Positions 40,719 to 50,446 of a DNA stretch of 64,000 nt are shown one piece after another. A model generated the notes under the pieces. It had not been told where the DNA came from and searched no databases. It was given only the letters and a program-made list of their open reading frames with translations. Both the position numbers and the translations under genes were made by a program. The DNA is from Escherichia phage vB_EcoP-101114UKE3, in sequence record NC_070982.1, one strand, 5' to 3'. Numbering within the stretch: the stretch's first letter is position 1; the number at the start of each line of letters is the position of its first letter.

Positions 40719-40742
40719 TAGCCTCCTCTTTCGAAGAGGCTA
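40719..40742 (-). promoter_or_regulatory. intergenic RNA hairpin with GAAA tetraloop
   Basis: perfect 10-bp stem on minus strand (C-A mismatch on plus strand); no U-run. Confidence 0.35.
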
Positions 40743-40749
40743 AAGCAAA

Positions 40750-40935
40750 TTATTCTACTTCGAAGTGTTTGATCACACCAGTCAGTACATCAGATTGGAA
40801 TGTACCCACTAGCTCTGTACCTCGGAAAAAGTTAACACTTGTTCCAAGTGATTCAAAGCGATCTGCTTGAATGTCCAGAGATTGAATATTTCCTTCTGCT
40901 GACATTGTACGAAACATGATTGTGTATTTATTCAC
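40750..40935 (-). CDS. small hypothetical protein
   Basis: 61-aa ORF. Confidence 0.35.
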   Translation of the reverse strand: MNKYTIMFRTMSAEGNIQSLDIQADRFESLGTSVNFFRGTELVGTFQSDVLTGVIKHFEVE

Positions 40936-41174
40936 AGACTCGTTACTCCCTTATCTGCTTGTGCAATTGCGATGATACGCTCAGCACATTCCATTGAATA
41001 CTTATCACCTCGTTTGAGGAAGGTGATGATTGCAGAGAACTGATTACCAATCATTCTCTTATTTGTGATACCAAACTCTTCACAGAGTTGGTTGATAGCT
41101 TTACGAGAGCCTACAATCAGAGGCTCTTTTTCTTCGGTCATTCCACGGCTGATCAAATCTTCGATAGACAACAT
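40932..41174 (-). CDS. small hypothetical protein
   Basis: 80-aa ORF. Confidence 0.35.
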   Translation of the reverse strand: MLSIEDLISRGMTEEKEPLIVGSRKAINQLCEEFGITNKRMIGNQFSAIITFLKRGDKYSMECAERIIAIAQADKGVTSL

Positions 41175-41200
41175 TACAAATTCCTTTTTGTTTAATTTAA

Positions 41201-42436
41201 TTACAGAGTTACTGCTACTTCGCTACCTTCAACATTGACAGACTCTAACTTGCGAGGGTTATGAATCTGGACTGGATTGACCGGAACGTTCCAACCACTG
41301 CGGTAGAAGTTACGACCATCACAGAACAAAATGACATTGGCAGACATTGCATTCGGTTGAAGGTTGTTGTGGACGTGACGGATATCTGCAATCCAGTAAC
41401 CACGAGACAAAGTGTAACCAGTAGGTGCATTACGAATAGTTTGAGTATTCATCTGACCTTCTAGCTGCATTTCTTCAGGAACTACATCTACCGAATCAAC
41501 CGGCTGTGCTACTTGTCCTTCCAGTGCAAAGTTTTCATCATCAGCACTTTCAATATCATCCACTAACTCACCGTCTCCATCTTCAATCGGAGTCTGGTAA
41601 ACCACTTTATACTGAGGAGTATAGAGAGGGTTCTGAGCTTTAACAAACTCAAGAATGTTATGACGGTAGGTATCCAGAGTTGTACCAGTCAGGCCCGGTG
41701 CTGTATTAACTTCCAGTACCCACGCTTCTTGACCTTTGGTGATAATATCAACTGCACCGAAATCCAGACCCATTGATTCAACAGCTTTCACTGCATTGAT
41801 CAGAGAGGCGTCATTCGGAGCATCTGTGAAGGAGCTTGAGTAAACCCAGCCAGTGTGGTGATTACGAATATCTTCACGATAGTTAGGGTCTTCGCGATAA
41901 CCATTGCGACGAATCTTCTTCTGAACATAGGTGATTACACCTTTGAACACATGGACACGCCACTCACGACGTGGGCCTTGAATGCCTTTAGTGTACAGTT
42001 CAGCTCGACCAAGACCATCACCCGGTTCTACAACAACAATGCCCGAACCAGAGTGACCAGTCAGCTCATGGCGCTCATACACAATATTACCAGTGTTTGA
42101 CCACTCTTGAGCAGTCTCTTGAACATCTGTGTATTCCACAGTTTTAACACCTGCTTGGTCCATCACGCTGAAAGCACGACGTTTGTTCGCTGCCATATGT
42201 AAGGCTGCGGTACGGTTAAGGACGGTTGCAGAACCAAAGAATGATTCAGGATAGCGACGGTTCCCGTAGTTAACAACCACATCACCTTCACGAGAACGCC
42301 AGCGGCTATTCTCTGAAAGAAGACCCATCACGTTAGCATTGATGCGTTCATCACGGATAGTATCACTGATAGCAGATACTAGAGCGTTAACAGAATCAGA
42401 CGGGCCATACGGAAGAACACGGATACGAGTAGTCAT
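41201..42436 (-). CDS. ATP-grasp amidoligase
   Basis: C-terminal WVLEVNTAPGLTG ATP-grasp signature. Confidence 0.75.
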   Translation of the reverse strand: MTTRIRVLPYGPSDSVNALVSAISDTIRDERINANVMGLLSENSRWRSREGDVVVNYGNRRYPESFFGSATVLNRTAALHMAANKRRAFSVMDQAGVKTVEYTDVQETAQEWSNTGNIVYERHELTGHSGSGIVVVEPGDGLGRAELYTKGIQGPRREWRVHVFKGVITYVQKKIRRNGYREDPNYREDIRNHHTGWVYSSSFTDAPNDASLINAVKAVESMGLDFGAVDIITKGQEAWVLEVNTAPGLTGTTLDTYRHNILEFVKAQNPLYTPQYKVVYQTPIEDGDGELVDDIESADDENFALEGQVAQPVDSVDVVPEEMQLEGQMNTQTIRNAPTGYTLSRGYWIADIRHVHNNLQPNAMSANVILFCDGRNFYRSGWNVPVNPVQIHNPRKLESVNVEGSEVAVTL

Positions 42437-42438
42437 TT

Positions 42439-42669
42439 TTAGATACCTTTTAGTTTAAGAATTTCGTTACGACAGGATTGAATTTTAGCTTCGATTGCCC
42501 AATACTCAGCGAACATTTCGTCTTCTTGGGCATCGCTTGGAGAGTCGATTAAGTTAAAAGCAAACGGATACAGCTTTCGCTGCTCCGTTACCAGTTGTTG
42601 AAGTCGGAGTTGTTGATACTCCAGCATTGTCAGGTGAGGCTTAGCTCCCTTGCTTGACATGAGGCTCAA
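42439..42669 (-). CDS. small hypothetical protein
   Basis: 76-aa ORF. Confidence 0.35.
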   Translation of the reverse strand: MSLMSSKGAKPHLTMLEYQQLRLQQLVTEQRKLYPFAFNLIDSPSDAQEDEMFAEYWAIEAKIQSCRNEILKLKGI

Positions 42670-42874
42670 CTTTAATCCCCTTCATTTTAACATAGTCAGC
42701 CAACACGTTATTGATAACGGTTGGAAAAGGGATTTCTACTGGAGAGTCAACCAGCTTCCCAATACCTTCTTGCATCCACTTCTGGATTGCTCGGAGGTTA
42801 TCACATCCTGTGCTTGTCATCGGAATACGGCGGGTAGTTACCACGTTATCCAACATCAGTTTACGAACTTCCAT
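42641..42874 (-). CDS. small hypothetical protein
   Basis: 77-aa ORF overlapping previous by 29 nt. Confidence 0.35.
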   Translation of the reverse strand: MEVRKLMLDNVVTTRRIPMTSTGCDNLRAIQKWMQEGIGKLVDSPVEIPFPTVINNVLADYVKMKGIKVEPHVKQGS

Positions 42875-42885
42875 AACTATACCTC

Positions 42886-44919
42886 TTAGTGTTTACCTTT
42901 ACAGTAATCTGAATTACAGATCACCCTGTTTTCTTTGTTCAGTGAGCAAGTTTCTGCATCACGCCACGGAATTTGTTTATAACAGACTGCACAAAACCCA
43001 ATTGAAGTCCAGAGGGCTTTTGTAAACTCAGCTGTTCGTTGTCCATCGTAACTGACAACTGTTTTTCGGAGAGAGGTTGACTTTTCTGGAAATGTCTCCG
43101 CTTTCTCAGCGGGTACCTCCTTTGGGGCATTCTTTGGACCATAAACAGAGATGGCATAAGTATCACCACCACGTTTTTCCAAATACGAATTAGGAACATC
43201 TGCAAGTGTGATGTCCCCTGAACGTTTTGCTGAGCTGACCATTACAATCATACGGCTAAGCATACGTTCATCAACACGAACAGCTACTTCAGGACGACGT
43301 GGGTTGGTTGTGTCTACTGCTTTAGTCCAAATATAACCTTCAGATAGAGTAACATTCTTTACTTTATCTTTGATTTCTTTGGAGCAGATATAACAAACGT
43401 CTTCACCACGAAGTTTACTCATTTCGTTGTCAAACTCGAAATCAGTCTTGACTTCACCACAGATAGCACATACACCCAAAGGCACATCTTCTTCCTCTTC
43501 AGAGGTTTTAGATAACGCTTCGAAGCATTCTGGATGCCAGTATGCCTGATAAGCAAACACAGCCTTACGAGCATCTTTCCAGTCAATGTGCTTATCACAA
43601 CCACCACAGTCACCATGAGAGTGAGATTCCCAGAACTTACGAGTGACTTCTACACCATTCTTAGTGATGAAGGAGTCCTCTGCATCAAAAGGGATATCAT
43701 CATCAAAATCAGCAGTAGTGCTTTGAGGCTCCTTATCTGTAGCATCAACAAACAGCCCTGAAGTTAGTACGAGGCGAATCATACTGTCCACTTCGGAGAT
43801 ACAAGCAATCGTCCCGCGATATACTACCTTTGGGTTTTCAAGAGCCTTAAGATATTCATCTTTGGCTACGTTGTGAACATCCCCTTCGACATACTCTTGA
43901 GCTTTATCATCGTAGATGTAACCAACCATCTTACCACGATCTGTGTTGTTATAAGCATGGAACTCGTGAGGAATAATATCCACACGACCATCACGACGAT
44001 AAGGAAGACCGCGATCGGCAGCCAGTTTGTTCTGGTCTTCAATCGCTTTACGACGACGAATGTCTCCGCTTGTCACGCCGGGCTTGTCGTCTTTGTTTCC
44101 GTAAATGTCGCTTGTGCTGCTGCTTGATTTGTTTGTCTGTTGGTTCTGATAAAGAGAGGAGTTCGAGTAATAGCCGCCCCAGCGACTCGTTACCGTAAAA
44201 ACCGGAAGCGTGTGCTCCACCTCTTGAACCAGAGTCATACGACTGTTAGACACATCAAAGATATACTCAGTTCCCACTTTACATTCGAAGTGGTCATTGA
44301 TATGGTTCTTATGGGACTTAGAACGCTCTAAAATCCACATAAGCATAGCTTCTTCAGAAGCTCCAAACCAATCCAAACCACAGCGGGCTAGGTGGAAAGG
44401 ACGCTCATCATTACGGATAATGTGAAGTGTGTTGTCTTTAGCATCATGCCAAATCAAAGTGAATGCACCATCCAGTTTTTGGATAGTCTCTGCTGCTCCA
44501 ATGGTGTTAATTGAGTGGCAGATGTTTTCACTATCAACTTCGAAACGCTTACTGTCAGGAAGGAGATCTTGATCTAACAGGGTTCCATTATGAACCAGAG
44601 TAATATCCCCGTGAGTAAATGGGTGAGCATTTCGAGCATTGACAGCCCCACGAGTGGCATGTCGGCTGTGACCAACAATCCACGAAGGAGGAACTACGTA
44701 GTTCGTAAGCCCTTTGGTAATATTTGTATATTCTGTCTGGAGCATAAAAGCATAAGAAGGAAGAGCTTCTTTATAAGAGAAGACTTGCTTTTCACCTTTA
44801 CGCTGACCAAACACACCAGTTGAGTGCTGTCCACGGAAAACACCAGCATACAGAAGTTGGTTGAAAATGTCCAAATCTGCTGAGGTCATGTTGCCGCCAG
44901 CTAATACGATACCACAAAT
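42886..44919 (-). CDS. class-II (Ntn) glutamine amidotransferase fused to Cys-rich Zn-ribbon region; proposed AUU start
   Basis: CGIVLAGGN...YAGVFRGQHSTGVFG and HSRHATRGAVNARNAHPF...LVHNGTL match PurF/AsnB-type domain; catalytic Cys lies 9 codons upstream of track ATG (44889), preceded only by ATT then AAA then TAG, with AGGTGG SD 8 nt before ATT. Confidence 0.65.
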   Translation of the reverse strand: MCGIVLAGGNMTSADLDIFNQLLYAGVFRGQHSTGVFGQRKGEKQVFSYKEALPSYAFMLQTEYTNITKGLTNYVVPPSWIVGHSRHATRGAVNARNAHPFTHGDITLVHNGTLLDQDLLPDSKRFEVDSENICHSINTIGAAETIQKLDGAFTLIWHDAKDNTLHIIRNDERPFHLARCGLDWFGASEEAMLMWILERSKSHKNHINDHFECKVGTEYIFDVSNSRMTLVQEVEHTLPVFTVTSRWGGYYSNSSLYQNQQTNKSSSSTSDIYGNKDDKPGVTSGDIRRRKAIEDQNKLAADRGLPYRRDGRVDIIPHEFHAYNNTDRGKMVGYIYDDKAQEYVEGDVHNVAKDEYLKALENPKVVYRGTIACISEVDSMIRLVLTSGLFVDATDKEPQSTTADFDDDIPFDAEDSFITKNGVEVTRKFWESHSHGDCGGCDKHIDWKDARKAVFAYQAYWHPECFEALSKTSEEEEDVPLGVCAICGEVKTDFEFDNEMSKLRGEDVCYICSKEIKDKVKNVTLSEGYIWTKAVDTTNPRRPEVAVRVDERMLSRMIVMVSSAKRSGDITLADVPNSYLEKRGGDTYAISVYGPKNAPKEVPAEKAETFPEKSTSLRKTVVSYDGQRTAEFTKALWTSIGFCAVCYKQIPWRDAETCSLNKENRVICNSDYCKGKH

Positions 44920-44996
44920 TTTCTAATCCACCTGAAGGGTAAACCCTTTCATCTAATTAACCTTTAAATGCGCCCTGTATAAGAGCGCCCGTTGTG

Positions 44997-46097
44997 TTAC
45001 AGCAGTCGTTCTAATTGCATTTCCAGATGGTCTGGAATATAACCAGTGACGTTATCATCACTGCTACCTGATTCACGCATCAATGCAAACATGTGACGAA
45101 TTTCACGAACCGTTGCGATTCGAGTGCTTTCAATCTGAGGGGTGTAGTAGGTCATGATCTCTTCGTAGACACTGTTGGCATTACCGCGCACATATCCCAA
45201 GAAACCATAGAAGTCATTCATATCACGTAAGTTGATAAGGACTTCACCATCAGGGCCAGTCTGTTGCACACGAACACGACCAACCAAAGTTACAGATTGC
45301 TCACGACAGAAGAGAATATCACGAGCAAGACGATACCCTTCAGTGAGATCACTGTCTCTTGGAGTATAGTCTAGGGGTAGATGTTGAATCATAGGAGCGA
45401 AGCGCAGCTCATTCAACTTCTCAACATAAGCTTCATTGTCTAAATCTGCATATTCAACAGCCAGTTTCTTGAGAACCAAGAAGCGGTTGACCAGATTCAG
45501 AAGTTGGCTCTTTTTCCACTTCGGCTCTGAGATACGGAACTCAACAGAACCAAATTGAGATAGAGGCAAAAGATTAAGGGAGGTGTATTTATCCCAGCTA
45601 TTAACAAGAGAGTGGAAGAAAGCTTCCCCGTCTCGGTTGAACGCTGACGAAGCATTCATAACTTGTGCTTGAACGACAGCAAAAGCTGGACAGAAGTTGC
45701 TACGATAGCGATGGTATCCAGAACATTTGAACATCATCTTTTCATAGAACGTCCATCCAAGAATAACTTTCTTAAGGATATTACTATCAGCGTCACGCAT
45801 ATCCATATGAACGTGAGTGGAGCAGCGCCAAGTTCCCTCGGCTCCAGAATCCTGTACTGCTTCACTCAGATTGTTAATAGCACGAAGTAATTCTTCACCG
45901 TTGTAAGGTCGTGCACATACTAATTCACAACCATCACGAAGAGAGCCATCTTCAGTACAAACCCACATATCAGCGTCAATGTCAGTTGTACCTTCGACTT
46001 CTAACTCAATACCAACACCACACTGAAAAGCAATACTTGGATGCGGTTCAGATAAGCGAGGGTTACGGTATCCAAAAACTTGTGCTACGGTTGTCAT
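44997..46097 (-). CDS. amidoligase (glutamine synthetase/GCS-like fold)
   Basis: GIELEVEG ... CSTHVH motif pattern. Confidence 0.5.
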   Translation of the reverse strand: MTTVAQVFGYRNPRLSEPHPSIAFQCGVGIELEVEGTTDIDADMWVCTEDGSLRDGCELVCARPYNGEELLRAINNLSEAVQDSGAEGTWRCSTHVHMDMRDADSNILKKVILGWTFYEKMMFKCSGYHRYRSNFCPAFAVVQAQVMNASSAFNRDGEAFFHSLVNSWDKYTSLNLLPLSQFGSVEFRISEPKWKKSQLLNLVNRFLVLKKLAVEYADLDNEAYVEKLNELRFAPMIQHLPLDYTPRDSDLTEGYRLARDILFCREQSVTLVGRVRVQQTGPDGEVLINLRDMNDFYGFLGYVRGNANSVYEEIMTYYTPQIESTRIATVREIRHMFALMRESGSSDDNVTGYIPDHLEMQLERLL

Positions 46098-46720
46098 AAT
46101 GATTCCACCAACTCTACATTATATGATGACAGGTCTGAAGAAATATGCTTGAACTTCTCCAGAAGGTTTAAAGATTGACGACCATTGTCGCCATAACCAG
46201 CTTCAAGAAGCACGTTTCCAACGTAAGCCCCTTTGTAATAAACTTTTCCATCGACAGGATTGATATAGATGAAACGAGTAACCAACCCTTCAAACTCTGG
46301 ATTAAACAGGTTATACACCAAATCACCCGGAATCGAACGTCCGAGAGAAGGTGGAGTACCACGAAGTTTATTCCCCATCAAGCCTTTAGCTCGCTGACGA
46401 ACAGGGTTGATATGGGTCCAGCTCACCACGTTATTACCATGCTGAAGGTATCCTACATCTGGAGACTCCAGAATGAGGCTGTGATCAAACACTGGGATAT
46501 TACTAACAATCTGACGTTCAAACTGACCTTCGGAGTTTTTAGTCCAGCGTTCCGCCTCAAACACTAAAGACATTTCAGCGTCGTGTGAGTAGTCGTCGAT
46601 ATCAAAGTTACCTTGCTGACGAACATCAAGCACATATAGAGGGAGGTTTTTACCATCAGGTGATCGCTGAGCAATCCATGTTCCACAATAATAGTGTTGA
46701 AAATCTCTTAACAAGCTCAC
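46094..46720 (-). CDS. hypothetical protein (cassette member)
   Basis: 208-aa ORF translationally coupled within cassette. Confidence 0.4.
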   Translation of the reverse strand: MSLLRDFQHYYCGTWIAQRSPDGKNLPLYVLDVRQQGNFDIDDYSHDAEMSLVFEAERWTKNSEGQFERQIVSNIPVFDHSLILESPDVGYLQHGNNVVSWTHINPVRQRAKGLMGNKLRGTPPSLGRSIPGDLVYNLFNPEFEGLVTRFIYINPVDGKVYYKGAYVGNVLLEAGYGDNGRQSLNLLEKFKHISSDLSSYNVELVESL

Positions 46721-46729
46721 AATATCACC

Positions 46730-47536
46730 TTATACAATCTGGAGTTTAGAGGAGAATTTATCTGCTTCTTTAACATCGTTACTGTTGATGATGTTGTGAA
46801 GCTTTTCAATTGGAAGGCGAGAGTGAAGTGACATCAATACTTCCATATCACAGCCTTGAACAACCTTATCAACTTGCTCATAAACAAACTTGCGGGTTGA
46901 CTTCTCGCCAATCCAGAAGTTAGAAAGAGAACGATATTCAATACCGTAATCCTTGTAACGAATGGCAGAAGCCTTTCCGTATAACTCTTTACGACGAGTG
47001 TCTTTATCCATGATTACAGCTGGCAAGGACAGGAAATAATCACACAACACACCCAACATCATTTGAGTTTGTCGAGTAATCTCTAAAGTCCCGGAGACAC
47101 CAAGGTGCACATGACCCCCAGCAGTACGCAAACCCTTATTAGTTGCGACCGGTGAAGGGTTCTTTTGTCCAGTGAAGGCATTGAAATCAGGAGTACAACC
47201 AAATACAAAGGCTGACGGATGGAAAGATTCAAGCTCTTCTGAAGTGAACACATGAGAGCTAATCCCAAGTGCTGCCTCCATGCCACGTTCATTGAGAACT
47301 TTGTTAGTCAGATCAATACCACGCTGAATGTTATCATCAAACGCTTCAAACCCTTCCTGTGGGTTAATATCAAACTCGGCCAGAACGTTGTCTTCTTGAA
47401 GACGAACATCAGGAGCCAGATCAATTTTATTGTCTTTAGAACAGCCCAGCTTACCAGCCACAGAGGTGATAATACCGGAAGCAGTACGAACAAACATTTC
47501 AGGGTCAGAGCCAATAAGGAAAGCGCGCTTAGTCAT
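46730..47536 (-). CDS. COOH-NH2 ligase-like protein (second amidoligase)
   Basis: start MTKRAF at 47536 with GGAG SD; GSDPEMF ... GCTPDF ... GGHVHLG motifs. Confidence 0.5.
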   Translation of the reverse strand: MTKRAFLIGSDPEMFVRTASGIITSVAGKLGCSKDNKIDLAPDVRLQEDNVLAEFDINPQEGFEAFDDNIQRGIDLTNKVLNERGMEAALGISSHVFTSEELESFHPSAFVFGCTPDFNAFTGQKNPSPVATNKGLRTAGGHVHLGVSGTLEITRQTQMMLGVLCDYFLSLPAVIMDKDTRRKELYGKASAIRYKDYGIEYRSLSNFWIGEKSTRKFVYEQVDKVVQGCDMEVLMSLHSRLPIEKLHNIINSNDVKEADKFSSKLQIV

Positions 47537-48479
47537 TGTAATACTCCACGAGTTCATCAAAAAGGGAAACAACACGAGCACCAGCTTCTTCTGGTGTCAT
47601 TGAGGAAGGTACTGCTTGCATCAGACGTTCGATAAAACTTTGAACAGTAATTCTGTCCATACGCTGATCTAATACTTCTCGCTTGTGACCTGCACAAGTT
47701 GACCAGAGACGTAACCACTCACTCATACTCTCATAATGGTCAGGGTCTTGGTCACGACGACGTGCCATACGACGGAGAACTCCATCATTATGGTTTCGTA
47801 CATAACCATCTCGGTTGTCATCAACACCGAATACATTCTGAACCCATACGTTTTCAGAAAATTCATCAGTGGTGCAAATTAATGGCAGAAATGCAATTGC
47901 ACTCATGTCGCCATCAAAATAAGTCGCTGCTGACTCATCGGTTGAGTCTACGTCATTACTATAACACCAGCGACCAAAGAAGTTACGACTTAAACCAGCT
48001 AAGCGTAGAGCTAAACCGATTCGTTGTCGCTTAAGCAACTCTTCCTTGTCTTGTACGCCTTCCTGAAGGAACTCCATTCCATTAAAATCACCATCCAAAT
48101 AGCTACGGATGGTCATTAGTCCAGTAAACACCTTGTCTGCTGGATGGTTTCGAAGGTTCACGGCAATAGAGTTCACCGAAGTGACAGAGAACATATCTTT
48201 ATAGCAAGACATTGAGTTAAAAATGTCTGTTGCTTCAACTAAAGCTCTTTCGATATCTTTAGCTGGTACGCCATAAAAATTGTGAGGCCAGAAGTTAATA
48301 ACTTCAATTTCTGAAGTTCTGTCACGAAGGCTTGTTCGGTTACGACTTTCACCGTTAATGTCTGTAACAGAATACATGTGCATACAGTTAAAAGTACCAA
48401 AGCAAGCTCTTCCTTTGAACACTGACTCACCGAAATCCTCTGCCGGTGTTACCGGAGCAATCGATGCGGAGATTGACAT
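47529..48479 (-). CDS. hypothetical protein (cassette member)
   Basis: 316-aa ORF. Confidence 0.45.
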   Translation of the reverse strand: MSISASIAPVTPAEDFGESVFKGRACFGTFNCMHMYSVTDINGESRNRTSLRDRTSEIEVINFWPHNFYGVPAKDIERALVEATDIFNSMSCYKDMFSVTSVNSIAVNLRNHPADKVFTGLMTIRSYLDGDFNGMEFLQEGVQDKEELLKRQRIGLALRLAGLSRNFFGRWCYSNDVDSTDESAATYFDGDMSAIAFLPLICTTDEFSENVWVQNVFGVDDNRDGYVRNHNDGVLRRMARRRDQDPDHYESMSEWLRLWSTCAGHKREVLDQRMDRITVQSFIERLMQAVPSSMTPEEAGARVVSLFDELVEYYND

Positions 48480-48487
48480 ATTCGCCT

Positions 48488-49705
48488 CTATTTATTAAAG
48501 AATAATTTTTCCATAATGGTTTCCCACTCTTCTGAGGGGAGGGTTGAGAACCCGTTTCCGTGAAGCCTGTTTGTCATGCAACTAATAATATTGTACATGT
48601 TGTAGCTTCGGGTGGATTCTGTTCCATTGTTCCAGTTATAACCGAAAACAATTTTATCGAAGGAGGTTTTATCCGTAGTTACTTCTCGGATGAACTCAAC
48701 CAAGAGCGATTTCTCTGTGATGACCGCACGTTCACCATCTGGCAGATTACAATACTGAGGAAGAAGAATTGGTAAGAACATCGAATTGTTCACTCGACAA
48801 TCACGAACATCTTCACTGCGATAGATTAGGCTTGAGAAGTCTTCATCACGCAGGTGTCCTTCACCTTCAGTGTATTCACACTGTCGCCATTTGGTCTGAC
48901 GAGGTTCAATCATTGTACTACCAACGCCTACTGTATACAGAGACGCTTGGAAGATACACGAGTCGTAATCATTCCCTGTTAAAGCAACTTGCTCATTGCC
49001 GAACACATCCACTGAAGAGTTAATCAGTCGGCTGAATGCAAGAGAGGCTAGTGGAGACCAACCTTTCTTATACATCTTGTTCAGCATTTCATACACAGCA
49101 GATTTTTCATCATCTGTATAGAATGTACGATTCAGCATCAGATAGAACAGAGCGCGATCAGCAGGACAACCATCAGTACAAACACCCATGAATCCTACTT
49201 CATGCCATACCAGACATGAGTCAGAATCTTTATCCATGAATGCTTCAAAGGCTTCCATTACAGCCCTGTCAGTAACATCAGGACGGTTGTTTTCTTCTGC
49301 CCATGTTTCTACATGAGAAGGAGGACGAGGGTCTCCATTCTCCACCCCTTCGCGGAAATATTGAGTGGTAATAGGCTTTTTATCACCATAACGTTTTACA
49401 CCATAAGCGGGAAGGTGTGTACCAGAGTTCCAGATGTACTTAATTTCGGACATAGGCATCATGTTTTCGAGAACGTTCTCTTCAGCAGTGCCTTGACGAA
49501 CCATCATATTTTCACTCCACACCTTAATGCGGATATTCCAGCCGTAGTTGCTGTCATACGTGTTATAATAATCAGGATCACCATCTTCATCTTCATCATA
49601 ATCACCACCCTGATAGTAACCTGCTTTCAGGAAACCATAACAAGGAGGCCAGACGGTTACAACATCATCTGATTCTTTCCAGCTTTGAAGTGTTACAGGG
49701 AACAT
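48488..49705 (-). CDS. hypothetical protein (cassette member)
   Basis: 405-aa ORF, acidic N-terminus. Confidence 0.45.
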   Translation of the reverse strand: MFPVTLQSWKESDDVVTVWPPCYGFLKAGYYQGGDYDEDEDGDPDYYNTYDSNYGWNIRIKVWSENMMVRQGTAEENVLENMMPMSEIKYIWNSGTHLPAYGVKRYGDKKPITTQYFREGVENGDPRPPSHVETWAEENNRPDVTDRAVMEAFEAFMDKDSDSCLVWHEVGFMGVCTDGCPADRALFYLMLNRTFYTDDEKSAVYEMLNKMYKKGWSPLASLAFSRLINSSVDVFGNEQVALTGNDYDSCIFQASLYTVGVGSTMIEPRQTKWRQCEYTEGEGHLRDEDFSSLIYRSEDVRDCRVNNSMFLPILLPQYCNLPDGERAVITEKSLLVEFIREVTTDKTSFDKIVFGYNWNNGTESTRSYNMYNIISCMTNRLHGNGFSTLPSEEWETIMEKLFFNK

Positions 49706-49716
49706 CTTTTACCTCT

Positions 49717-50079
49717 TTACTCTGCTACCAAAAGGCTCAGAGATTTGCGAATGTAGTCAATACTACGGAAGTTTCGATAGTTCTCTTGGAAGCGCATTTT
49801 TTCAAACTCTGCTTCCTGAAGCTCTACCTCTGCTGCTTTATATCCTGATAAAGCTAAACTTACCACATCCTGAGGTAAGGTATTACGACGGCGAATAAGA
49901 TATTTATTCGCTTTTAGTTTACCTTGTGCACGAGCCATTTTGGCCTTTGCCGCCTTGATACCATGAGAAATCCAAAGCAGTTGCTGTTTCAGATCTTCCT
50001 CATCCATACCACCTAAATCATTTGCTACTTTATGCAGCGTAGACAGGTTCACATGGCCTTTAATGGGGCGTAGGTTCAT
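49717..50079 (-). CDS. hypothetical protein
   Basis: 120-aa basic helical ORF. Confidence 0.4.
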   Translation of the reverse strand: MNLRPIKGHVNLSTLHKVANDLGGMDEEDLKQQLLWISHGIKAAKAKMARAQGKLKANKYLIRRRNTLPQDVVSLALSGYKAAEVELQEAEFEKMRFQENYRNFRSIDYIRKSLSLLVAE

Positions 50080-50243
50080 AACTTCTCCTGTTTGTCACAT
50101 TGATTGGTTAGCCAGTTGTAAGACCCACTGTTGTTCTTGCTTAACTCGCAAGATGCAAAAGAGTACATCCTGACAAACCCCACAGTGGCTAAGCAAATAA
50201 AGATTGCTGCCAATAAGAATTTAGCTTTCAACTTATTATCCAT
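50076..50243 (-). CDS. small membrane/secreted protein (55 aa), not in ORF track
   Basis: MDNKLKAKFLLAAIFICLATVGFV...; GAGG SD; stop overlaps next ATG. Confidence 0.35.
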   Translation of the reverse strand: MDNKLKAKFLLAAIFICLATVGFVRMYSFASCELSKNNSGSYNWLTNQCDKQEKL

Positions 50244-50446
50244 ACAACCTCTTCTTTGAGCTTAAAAAAGGACTCTCCTAAGAGAGCCAAGCTTTAAGGC
50301 CAATTAAATAGATATCACCCAATATCTGTGGATAACCTGCTCTTAAAATATTCTATCCGACGGATGTTCGAGGATTATTCCTCTCCCTAGCATCGGCCCC
50401 ATACGGGAAAGATTAAATTAAGTTTAGGTTAGTTGAGCCAGAATAG

